The notes beneath the pieces were generated by a model. The model saw only the letters and a list, made by a program, of their open reading frames with translations. It had not been told where the DNA came from and made no database searches. A DNA stretch of 64,000 nucleotides, from positions 930,001 through 994,000 of the forward strand of contig OZ287067.1 of the NCBI GenBank assembly GCA_965645245.1, read 5' to 3'. Shown one piece after another: positions 47,900 through 59,172 of the stretch (position 1 is the stretch's first letter; each line of letters starts with the position of its first letter). Position numbers and translations under genes: made by a program. This DNA comes from Massalongia carnosa. Taxonomy: Eukaryota.

Positions 47900-48831
47900 G
47901 GCGGGACGATAGTGTATAGAAGGTGTATAAATGTGTCAACGGATCGTCACTCCTTGAAGGATTGAACGATTAGAATTGTAAGAGTCAGACCTGGCGATTA
48001 TCAGACACCAGGCCTAGGGATATGTGACAATGTGAAGACACTAATGATTTGCTATACTAATATACTAAAAGAAGTATGTAGGTAAAGCGGAAGACTAATC
48101 GTTGAAGATTGCATCTCCCTCGAGCAGCCTCCTTATATACCCGGACCGAAGCCCTTGACCCTCTGGGCCCTTGATACTGTAACTATCTTGACCGCCCATT
48201 ACTCCTACCGGATAAGCCGGCTAAACACTCTGCTGACTGCATCGTGGACACTGTGCTGACTGTATCGTGGACACTGTGCTGACTGTATCGTACCATCCGC
48301 TCACTAATCGTACGAGCATCCTCGTATATCTCGATCGCTCGTACTATACTCTCGGCAGTAGATACCAGCCGCGTAACGCAGACCAACTGCTTTTCCATAT
48401 GACTAAGCCTAGCCGTAGAACTAAGCCCCGCTTAGTTAGCTTAGCCCTTATTCCTTCTATGCCCTGACAGACTGACTGACGGACTGACATACAGTTGGGT
48501 GGATTGTTTTATATCCTCCACAAGGGATAGCAAGATTTAGAGTGATCTTACTAGTTGTGTAGCACGTCGACCTAGATAGAAATCTAATAGGGACTATGTA
48601 CGAAAACTAGTAAGATGAAGAAAGAAAGCTATGTACAGATCGCCGGTTAGTAAACACTCATACCCGTGCTAAGCCTAATGCAGGTTTTCATCACCGTCGT
48701 TGAACTGCTCATACCACGCGTGTTAATAATGTCGCTACAAGCAGTGCTAAATCCGTTTTCGGTTAGATAAGGTGAATAGCACTACGTCATTTGCTGCCTG
48801 AGGTTAGAGCGTTGTAATCCGTGACACTTGA

Positions 48832-49180
48832 TCATGTCAAGATCGATTCGTTTTTCATCAAAGCACAAAAAAAAGCGATCAATTATGAATTGAAGCTGTC
48901 TCAAAACGTCAAAATACATTCAATATTTCATATATCGTTATTGAAATCAATCGACTCGAGTACGTTTATACAGAAAACATTTCATTACGAATTTCAAAAA
49001 GAAAACGAATTCGAAGTCGAGAAGATTCTAACACAGCAAAATCAGAAATATTTAATGAAGTGAAAGAGATATTTTACATCGAAAAACACATGAAAATCAT
49101 TTAAGAATCTTGAGAATTGTCAACAACGTTTGAGAAATTTTCGACAAGAACAGAAAAAGATGTTATCGAACGTCAAAAGT
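48832..49180 (+). pseudogene. pol: A integrase tail and chromodomain remnant
   Basis: KIHSIFHISLLK..EFEVEKIL..KYLMK* reading; end coordinate is approximate. Confidence 0.85.
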
Positions 49181-49595
49181 CGTCGAACAATTTCTTTATA
49201 AATTGAGACAGATCAGAAAAAACTTCGTTCTTCGTTTCAACATTATTCGCTGATAATTCTTGTGCGAAACAGAAAATCTTTTCAGCAATTTTCGATTTTG
49301 TATAAATTAACGTTTTGCGAAAACGAGTCATTTTCGTTAACGCATGAGCAAGTTTCTTTTCAATTAAATTAAGATCGAATTTCAACTTGTTTTGAATGCG
49401 ATTCAAATTTTCTCACGAAGCGTCAACACAGAAGCGATCACGACGAACACATTTCGCACATTTGAGATGATTCTTCATTCTCACGCAGACGATCGAAAAA
49501 GAAAAACAAAAAAAACAAACAATGATCGTCGAATCATCGTTTCGAATAATAATGTTGTAAAAACGCAAGCGATTGTGAATTTTGAAAAATGTCAT
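49101..49595 (-). pseudogene. Antisense accessory ORF of A: Zn2Cys6-like cluster plus probable coiled coil
   Basis: CFFC-x6-C-x8-CAKC-x6-C; ORFs 49413-49595 and 49173-49406 share a frame, broken by TGA codons. Confidence 0.72.
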
Positions 49596-49676
49596 GATGC
49601 GATGAGATGAAAATTCATCGAGAAATTATCTTCGTTATAAAACGCTAAAAACTAACGTTAAAAAAAAAGAAAATCG

Positions 49677-50069
49677 TGTTACGATTTTAATAAAAATAGA
49701 ACATTTTACTATGAATCGAACAATTAAATCGTTCTGAATTTGAATTCAGCGAAAAGCTCATCTGATTCATTGATGAGCAAGACGAGTTGAATAATTCATT
49801 TGATTCACTGACGAGCAGAGCGAGCAGATGTTCATCGAGCTCACGAGCGAGCAGAATGAGCAAGAACTATATAAATAGCGAAGATTCTCTTATGAAAGCT
49901 TCGTGTTCAATTCTTTCTATCATCTTAATTTCATAGTTACAATCTACTGCATTGACGATTGTTCTCATCTACGTGAAGCTATTCTCGTTGCATCTGACGA
50001 ACACTACAGACCGCTCTATATAAGATCAAATACTTCTCGCGTCTGAGACATCAAAGAAGACGCGTAGCA
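49677..50069 (+). repeat. A 3' LTR
   Basis: Matches 24-416 with many C>T and G>A changes; preceded by an A-rich, probably mutated PPT. Confidence 0.92.
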
Positions 50070-52274
50070 GTGTAGATCTCGATCGATCTTCTTTCATCTT
50101 TAATCTCAGCATAATCGAAGTTCGAGTACTCTACAATGTCATTCTCGATGTTTCTTTTGAACACGAGGCCTACGTTTAAGATATTAGAAATATAGCTGTC
50201 ACGATAGGCACAGGAAGATTCTATTCATGTGAGTGAGGTTATGATTGATGATTATACTACATGATAATTAGACAAGACGAACACAAGAAGAAAAGCATCA
50301 ATTATTGAACAAAGATTTTTTACATGTCTTCTGAAGAAGATTTTAAGCTCGATACGATAAATTTGCGATTTAATCGCATCGATTACTTAATCTCAGATTA
50401 AGCGATGATAAAGATCGAGAATTTCGACGCGTTAAATCTTATTTTCATCATGATTCAATGAATCTTTATCTGTTTATTTCTCACAACGACTGAATTCACA
50501 TCATGACGATAACTTTTTTATTCGAGATCTGAATTTTCGCAAATTATTGACATCAGTCGAAGTGAATCATTGAAATTTATTTGAATAACGTTGATGAAAT
50601 TTTTTCATTCGACTGATGACGTTGTTGACGTATTTCGCGTATTCTCAAATGAAATCATTTTATTTTATTTATTGAACGAGATACTTGAAACGTTTTCTTA
50701 CGAGCTTGAAGTCTAGAATTTTCTTCATTTTATATTCTTTCTCGTCATCGACGAGAACGATTGAAAACGTAAAAAAAATGTGATCAAAATGAGAATCGCG
50801 AGAAATCGAAATCAAAAGCGAAACGTGAAACATCGAATGAATCTTCATGCTCGAAGAAAGATCGAGACGATACGCGTATTTGTTGACGACTTGAGACACT
50901 CGAAATGAGTCGAGTTTCTTTCAATTCAATTTACGAGCAGATTTTTGAATACGTATGTTTTTAACGTTCAATCATACACTGTTTTTTATTTGATAAATCG
51001 AAATTGAAACTCGATGTTCATTGACATTGAACTCGTTCTTCGTCTGCGAAAACTGCATTTTTTTTTGAAGTCTCTTGCTTATATCTTGCATTTTGATTAC
51101 AAAATTCTTCGCATTAAGATTCGCAGATGATGACGTTTCGTTCGCAGATTCGAATTTCATACGAGAATGAAATCTCATTTTTGCGTAAAAAGAGCTGAAC
51201 TCGATCGTTTTCGAGATTGCATTATTTCTCGAGAATTTCGTCAACGACAATCAATTCACTCAATCGTTTTGTAAATAATCGAAGTACATTCGCAGATATT
51301 GTTTCATGAAAGAATTGACTCGTTTCGTTTGCTCGTCGATCTTTGAATGAAAAACTGTAAACAAAAGATTTTGAATTCTCAAACGTTTGCACAATGATTT
51401 TCAGAAATTCGCGACGAAAAGCATTTTTCGATTCGATATGATTGTTCGAGACAGATCATGTAATTTTCAAATATTTTTCATGAACAGTGCGACGAGATTC
51501 TCGACGTCAAGAATGATGAAACAAAACGAAAAATTACGTTTCTTGAATAAACGATCAATCATAATCATTATCGCTTCGAAATTCTTGCTTTTGAGCAAAT
51601 CGATGACGAAATTTATTGAAATATTCTGTCAGCGATGTTCTGATATTGATAAAAATCTGAACATTTTCATTTTTTTTTGACGTGAGATCTTGCTTCGAAC
51701 GCAAACATGACAGTGCTTCACATACTTGATTATGAATTGATAAAATCGAGATCAATAATATTGACGTTGCATAAAATCGAAGATCTTTGTTTTTCTTGAA
51801 TATTTTGTCATTGAACTGTCGTGCATTATTTTACAGAGCTGCATTTTCAGTGCATGTGAATTCGAGACGTACAACTTTTCTCGATAATGCAGTTGATCGT
51901 TGATTTTGTCGCATTTCGTCAAGAAGATTTTCTTCGAATGATTCACTTTGTTTCGCAATAATTCAAGAATTTTCGTCGAAAAAAAATCAATATGAAGATT
52001 TTCAATTCAGAATTCTTTCAGAATTCGTTCATTTTTCTGTTGTTTCATTTGTCGATCATGAATTTCGTTAACATTCTTTATATTATTGTTCAGAAGTTTC
52101 AGATTTCGAGATTTCAAGATCACTTGATGCTGAATTCTTAATCGAGAATCATTCTTTTTTTCAGATAAATCTTGAAATCTTTTAATCAATGCGTTCGATT
52201 TTTTTTCATTTTTTTTCGAGCGATACACGATCTTGAAATCAAAACGAAAAAGATATTTCGATCATCGAACTTGA

Positions 52275-53799
52275 TGTCACGGACAAGGTCCAGATAGGGA
52301 GATATACAAGAGTTACTATTAAGAAAGCTAGGTCTAGGGATAGTATACAAGACGTCCGACGAAGAGCTCCAAACACCTGAGAAACCACATAGGTTTTATA
52401 GCCATGGCTTCCAACTCCCCTATTCTTGACTTGCCCTCATCTCTGTTCCTGTTCTAATTTCCTAACCATGATCGCTTTGACCTGTTCCGCCTTTCTCCAT
52501 GCCGAAGCTGTAATACGGATGGCGCTAGAGGGATACGTGATCGCCTATGGCGGTTGCGGGATTAACTAGCGAGGACCATGCCGTAGTACGAAGTCGCATA
52601 AGCCGTCGAGGCTGACACACTGCCATCTTGCCCCGAAACTTCGGAGTTATTGTTATCACGTTCTTGACTACTTACAGATCAAACACCTGTCGAGGCCGTG
52701 GTGGTAGATTGCCATGGAGTATAAGGCGGACTCCTGTGGAGACGCCAAGGAACTCTATATGGGATCTACTGGCCTACTCGGAGCTACTGGATCTCTTGAT
52801 GGTTCAAGAGAGGTAGCAGGAGGCACGGCTCGCTGGACGCAGCTTGAGCTAGGCTCCCCGGTGTAAACTTCAGCTTCAACCTTTATTACTACGTTGGTAG
52901 TGATGTCGGCTGAATGAACCTACATGACCTCGTTGTCTAGACCTTGTGTCTAGAGGCAGGTCCGCAGTGTAGCGAGGTATTCAGTCGGAGGTAACCTTCC
53001 ATCACTAGGTAGTGGTGACGGCGAAATGAAGCTACATAGCCTGAGGCATGTAGTGAGGGATCTAGCCGGGGGTAGAATTGTTCTACCTTGCAAGGGAAGG
53101 TCTAGAAGGCTGCTCGAGGCTGACTAGATGATCCAGCGAACGCCGAGTTCGTGGATGGATCCTGAGGGATGGTTGGATGTAATGCGGTAAAGTCGGATGT
53201 GGATTGCAAGGCTGTAATGCTCGCAAGGCTCCCAAGGCTTGCAAGGCTCCTAAGGTTCCAAGGCTCCCAAGCCTATAGGCTTGGGGTGAGTAGGATAAAT
53301 ATCAGAACGAATCTTGTAGTATTCGTTAGCAATTAGTCTTTATTCTATGAACAACCTACGTTTGGGTCTCGGACGAGATCTCTTGGTCTAAGCACTTCCA
53401 CATCCATTAGTTCTTTGGATCACGTATACTCTCGGAGACTAGCACGTAGTAGCTATCTTCCTCCTCTCACGCTGAGCATTTCCCCTTTCGAGATCAGTGT
53501 CGCTCGTGATAAGCTTACTGGTCTCGTAGCCCATTACAGAAGCAATCTCTCTCTGCTGGGCAATCCCAGTCGTAGGCTTGGATAGTGGAGACGTTGAGAT
53601 TGGATTCGGGATATAAGAGTTTGGGAGTGCACTGAAGGCAGCGGAAGAACGTCTGAACACATGGGGCGAGGTTTCAGGATAGTTCGGAATAACGGGCCAC
53701 GGTTCTATTCAACATGCAGGGCAGGTTTCACGGCAAGAGAGCCTGTTAAATACTAACCCGATCAGGAAACGTGGGAGGGTGCGAGGTAATTCCATGACA
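52275..53799 (-). mobile_element. J: 490-bp solo LTR of a B/D-like family, containing the E solo LTR
   Basis: TGTCAC..ATGACA; TSD CTTGA (52270-52274/53800-53804); minus strand has TATAAAA and GTCGGACGTCTT, similar to B/D LTRs. Confidence 0.88.
52509..53538 (+). mobile_element. Solo LTR of family E (1030 bp)
   Basis: About 12 substitutions relative to the E LTRs; TSD GAAGC (52504-52508/53539-53543). Confidence 0.97.
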
Positions 53800-56016
53800 C
53801 TTGACGACGACTTAATTGCTTGATAATCATGAAATACTTTAAATTCTTGTGATTTGAAATGACATGAATGAGAAAGATAGTTTTTTCGAATTTTGATCGT
53901 CACTTCTCAGAAGCACGAACGATAATCATGAATTCTTTGTCATAAATTTCATAATTGATTTCTGCAGAAAAGTGTTTCTTGAAGAAGAAGATTATCGATT
54001 TCAATACTTCATCATCATCGTATTGTGACAGAACTTCTTTTACTATTCAATCGAAGAAATCGATTTCAATTATAATTTTCTTATCTGAATCAAAATGCAT
54101 CAAGACTTGATCGCTGACAAAAGCATTCTTTAAAGTCTGAAAGACTTTTTCGCATTTTTGATTTCAGACAAAGACAGTGTTTTTGCGAATCAATTTAATC
54201 AATGAAGAGACTATTTCAGAAAATCTTCTGACAAAACGACGATAAAAGTTGACAAAATTTACAAAGATCTGAATATTTTTAACGTTTTTCGACGAGACTC
54301 ATTCTTTGATGATCAAAACTTTTTGAAAATTCATGCGTATATTCTTGTTAAAGATTATCAGTTTCAGATAAATAATCTCGATAACGAAGAATTCGCACTT
54401 TTCAATGTTCAATTGTAATTCGACGAATCGAAGCGTTTTTAGCATTTTTCGTACATGAATCTTGTGTTTCTTGATTGATTTGTTGTAAATCAGAATGTCA
54501 TCGATATAAGCAATGCAAAAATCGTCAAAATATTTTTTAAGAACGTCATTGATATAAAACTGAAAGAAATCGAATTTTTCACATAATTCGAAAAACATTG
54601 CATTGTATTCATAAAAATCAAATCGCGTTTTGAACGTCGTCATTCATTTTTGTTTTTTTTGAATGCGCAGTTTGTTGAAGACTGTTACTATGTCGAACTT
54701 GAAAAAGATCATCGCTTTGATTAATCGATTTAAGATTTCTTGAATCAGAAACAATGAATAACGATTCTTAATTGTGATGATATTAAAAGCTCGATAATTT
54801 ACACAAAAACGAAGTTTTTCGAAAGACTTTCGAGCGAACAAAACAGAAAAAGAAACAAACGATGAATTTGAGCGAATGAATCTTTTCGCGAGATTTTTCT
54901 TCAAATATTTCTGTAAAACTTGTAATTCAAGAATTGACATCTTGTACAATGAGTTCGAAAAAAAAACAATTTCTTCGATCAAAACGATCTTGTGATCATA
55001 AAAACGATGAAATGAAAATTTATCGATTTTCTTTTTGAAGAAAACATTTAGTAAGTCATGAAATTTCTTGAGAACAACAGTTGCAGAATCAATATAAATC
55101 TTCGATTTCAACGTCTTTTCGACGTTCTTCAAAAATGCGACGAAAAGATTAACGATTTGACTGATTTTAATCCCTTTTTCAATTTCATAAAAAAAAGCAA
55201 TGAATATCTCATTTTTTCGATTTTTCATATAAATCGAGAACGAGACGATCTCGATCATGTGAATACTCAAATCTGAAGACAAAATAGAAAACAATACAGA
55301 ATGCAGAAATTTAAAACGTTCAAAACTAACGTCAACGCGAAGATTCTTAAATTCAAAAAACTCGATCATTTTTCATTTGACATTCGAAAAAGGCATGTGT
55401 AAATGAGCAGACGTGAGTGATTCAATAATCTCGCGAAAGATCTTGTTTTCGCGAGATTCAATAATTGCAGATTTCAAAAGAAAAGCAATCTCGAGAAAAG
55501 ACTCTTTCGAGAAATTATGAATATCAAAAATAACAAGAAATGAGCTTTAGTTCAATGAACACTTCTGAAAACAATAAGAAAACGAGAAAATCAGATTATT
55601 ATGCATTCAGTTGATGAGTGAATTGTGAATTTGAAATCATTTGATTCTCAGAACAACGAAATAATGATTCAATTGAATGACGAAGAACGAATCACATTTC
55701 GTGTGATTCTTGACGTTCATTCTCAATTTGATTCGATGAATCAACATTTTTTCAACGAATGAACGATTATTTATTACGTTGAGAACATGAGAATGAACAA
55801 AAAAAATAAAAGACAGAAAGTTTCTTTGCGTGAAGAAGACATCAATAAATGCATAATCAAAAACATCGCAATCAATCAAAGCATGAATGCAAAAAATACG
55901 ATTGTTTACAAAAAGTTTAATAAATATGACAAGATGTTTATCATTTAACGAATCTTTCGACAGAAAAAAAGTCGAAATTGACACTGAAATTTTTTTCGAC
56001 GATTTTCGAGAGCGAC

Positions 56017-57237
56017 TTAACTCGAAGATTTCACATTTTTCGTTGATTCGACGAGAATGATCTCATTGAAACGTGACGTTTTCGACTTTTTCGAATTCTT
56101 TATTAACTTTGAGCAGTTCGTAACGAAATGTTCAGACTGTTCGCAATAACGACAGAAATTCTTCGTCATTCGTCGATTAATTTTCGTCATGAACAGCTTT
56201 TCGCGACTGAAAACAGAGAGATTCATGAAATCGAAAAATAAAACGACAAACGAAGACGACGAAAAACGAGACAAAACAATTTCTTCGCTCGACGATGAAC
56301 GAGAAAAAATGTTTTCGAAAAAAGACGAAGAAGAACGAAACGAAAAGAATTTTCGAAAAAACGCGTTGACGTTGCGTTGTCGAGTGTTCAATCTCTGCAG
56401 CAAAGTAATTTACTCGTTAAACTCGTTCGATATATTTTGAATGATCATAAGTTGTTTGAACTCGTCGCTGACTTCGTTCAAAAGAATCGAGCGCTGCGCT
56501 TCTTCGTCAAAATTGATGTCAGATGTCAAACGCTGAAAGTTCGAAAAGTAAATATGAAATTCTCGATTTCGTTGACGAAAAGAGCGAAATTCTCGTTGAA
56601 CGATTGTCTTTTTATTCGAATCATCGAAGACTTTTTTCAACACAGTTAATAAAGAGACGACGTTGTCAAGCGCGATTTCGTTTTCGAATTTCACATATGA
56701 TTGAATCTGCGACAGAATCAGTTTTTTCAAGCGATTGATGACATAAATGAGACTTGTCTTGAATTCAATGTATCGATCAACATTGACGAAGAATTTCAGA
56801 TGTAATTGCGCGATTCAAGATCGAAGTTCGTTCTTGCTTTCAAAGAATTTTGAAATATTCGAGAATTTTTCAAAGCGAGAATCTCGATTGATTAAATTAT
56901 GATTTTGATGTTTCTGATCTTGTTGACGAAAAACAAATATTATGACTCGAGCGACGATGAATTCGTCATTGAAAGTTTGAAGTTGAGCACGAACATTATG
57001 ATGCTTCGTCTTCAAAAAACTGTATTGTCGAATCTTCTTTTCGATGACTTTCTCGATTCTCGAAACGAAATTCATGAAACGAAGCGTGTATCGATATCAT
57101 TCTTTCGAATAAATCAGAATCGATTGAGGTCATTTTTTCTGAGAAACGATAATCGCAGTCAAATCGAAATCAGTTTCGAGAATTGAGATTCGAAAAAACT
57201 GAATGAACAATGAAATGTTGAAAATTGAAAACGACAT
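56017..57237 (-). pseudogene. gag: I gag remnant
   Basis: ATG 57237 is in frame with ORFs at 57075, 56730 and 56403; CRYCEQSEHFVTNC knuckle; similar to D Gag. Confidence 0.85.
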
Positions 57238-58570
57238 ATTCGAAATGACGAGAAACAAGAATCACATTGAAGTATGAATGTGATGTTCGTAATGTCACGA
57301 TAAACACAGAAAGATTTTATTCATGTGAATGAAATTATGATTGATGATTATATTATATGATAACTAGACAAGACGAACACAAAAAAAAAAGCATCAATTA
57401 TTGAACAGAAATTTTTTACATGTCTTTTGAAGAAGACTTTAAACTCGATACGATAAGCTTGCGATTTAATCGCATCGATTACTTAATTTCAGATTAAGCG
57501 ATGATAGAAATCGAGGATTTCGACGCGTTAAACCTTATTTTCATCATGATTCAATGAATCTTCACCTGTTCATTTCTCACAATGACTGAGTTCACATCAT
57601 GACAATAACGCATAATTCGTTGAAAATATTTACAATGAAGTGAGCCTGAATTCAAAAAATATCGACTCAGAACTTTCACTGCATAGACGATGTCGAGACG
57701 TGTATGCATGATTGATCACATCAGCGAGCTCATCATCGATTGATATCAGATAATTGTTTTCTTGTCGATCTGATTATTCGACGACATGAGTGGGTTTTCG
57801 ACATCGAAGTTCATGAAAATGAAAATGAATTTGCAATCGAGCATGTTAAATCGATGCAGCATTTCATCGGGAAATCGGGAGATGACTAATAGATCTTGAT
57901 GATTAAATATTCGACTTTTTGGTTTCTTTAGTCTTTATTCGTCAACCTTTAGTCAGTTGCCTTTATCTATTGTACGTCTTGTCGTCATATTAGTCAGTGC
58001 AACCTGCATCTCAACAAATAATTGTCGCTCTGTCTTTACTTCTCGTCTCGATAAGCTTTATTATTCTCTGTACCTTGACCTTTTAACAATTCAGTCGTAT
58101 ATTATCCAGTCTATCCTATCTTTACGTCCTCTTTATCCGTCGCAGAGTAATTTTGGTTGTTCAGCTGCTCTCTTTACATGTCGCATCGTCATACATTGAC
58201 TTCGTTGCAGCTTTTGTATCTTGCGTATAACATATCTTTATAATGCGCAACCCACCTTGCATGTCTCATCGAAGATAAAGTTACGCACATTCAGTTCTCG
58301 AAGATCAACAGTATTCTACATCATTACGTGGTTGTGATTCTCATTATTCTTTGAATTGATGATTATCTGTTACTTGATGACGAGAAAGCCTGCTTAATGC
58401 CTACAGAGCCCAAATCTTAGAAGACCAACTACTACCGCGACGACATATTAAGCTCATCTGTTCTGGAACAACAGCCCCTCTTAGACGGAAGCCCTTCCTT
58501 ATCCTATCAAAAAGCGCATGCGTTTAGGAAACCAATTCTCTTTAATCCTAACATAACACAACAGGTTACG

Positions 58571-58609
58571 TGTGACGAAGCGAGATAGTGAATATATTTC
58601 TACCATTGC
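58571..58609. mobile_element. First 39 bp of a K-family LTR, interrupted by B2
   Basis: Matches 28806-28844 with one mismatch. Confidence 0.85.
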
Positions 58610-59172
58610 TGTCATGAAATGCCTCCGACCTCACCACGTGCCTCTATCACGTGCCTTGATCTGATGACTACTCACGGACGTCGTGCCATGCCTTCGGGAC
58701 CCTCATATCATTCTTCGAATTCGCCGATTACTGATCATTAATCAGCCTCGCATTGATGATTTATTCCCGTCTTTCGACTATTATCATGTCTAATAGCTTC
58801 GCATTGATGTTTGACATCTCCCGTCTCCTCGCTGACCCCATCGTGCTTATTGCCGCTATAATGCCCCTCATTCATCATCGCACTGACTAGACATCATTCG
58901 CCGCCACCCTAGAAAGATGAATATGGGAGGACAAAGATATAAGAAAGAAGCCGAATCATGGAAGTTCTGATTCTTTGTCGAACGTCTTGAATAGCCAACC
59001 TAGCCTAGCCTAGATTCATAGCTATAGACTCAATCAATAAGCTTGACCATCAACCCACCTTGCCTTTGCCCTTGCCCTCGACCTGATTTCGTGACATTAC
59101 GTTCGACCAACATTCAAAAGTGCCTTCCATAGCATTTTCCCTCATCTCCCTTTATCTCATTCCCCCTCAATC

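Larger units (their letters stand above)
41981..48469 (-). mobile_element. Element H: intact Ty3/Gypsy chromovirus related to E
   Basis: 493-bp LTRs 41981-42473 and 47977-48469; TSD GACTG (41976-41980/48470-48474); PPT GAGAGGAGG. Confidence 0.97.
36416..48826 (-). mobile_element. Element G: Ty3/Gypsy chromovirus (leader interrupted by H)
   Basis: 269-bp LTRs 36416-36684 and 48558-48826; TSD CTTGA (36411-36415/48827-48831); PPT complement at 36688-36698. Confidence 0.97.
24..50069 (+). mobile_element. Element A: old hypermutated Ty3/Gypsy chromovirus, interrupted by C1, E, C2 and G
   Basis: 393-bp LTRs TGTTACG..CGTAGCA at 24-416 and 49677-50069. Internal pieces (417-1761, 20127-20528, 28054-28611, 34100-36415, 48832-49676) join into gag-PR-RT-RH-IN-chromo order once inserts and TSDs are removed. 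Flanks do not form a TSD (CTTTG vs GTGTA). Confidence 0.9.
50530..56000 (-). pseudogene. pol: I pol remnant (interrupted at 52275-53804)
   Basis: ALIDCDV, LRFCVNYRAFN, AYIDDILIY, KIHSMFHVSLL and EYKMKKILD fragments; ends are approximate. Confidence 0.9.
50197..57604 (-). mobile_element. Element I: old hypermutated Ty3/Gypsy chromovirus related to D
   Basis: 312-bp LTRs 50197-50508 and 57293-57604; TSD ATAGC/ATAAC (one G>A change); interrupted by J. Confidence 0.92.

Noticed and set aside
21225..48291. Short internal LTR repeats (CAAGGCT 9-mers in E; 23-bp duplication in H)
   Set aside because: Common U3 enhancer-type duplications with nothing further to support.
36411..53804. Shared TSD CTTGA (G, J) and TTTGA (D) as site specificity
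   Set aside because: Too few events and differing orientations; other TSDs are unrelated.
435..57237. TGA = Trp alternative genetic code or organellar DNA in the AT-rich parts
   Set aside because: Explained by GG>GA mutation; catalytic motifs are also destroyed and intact neighbours use TGG.
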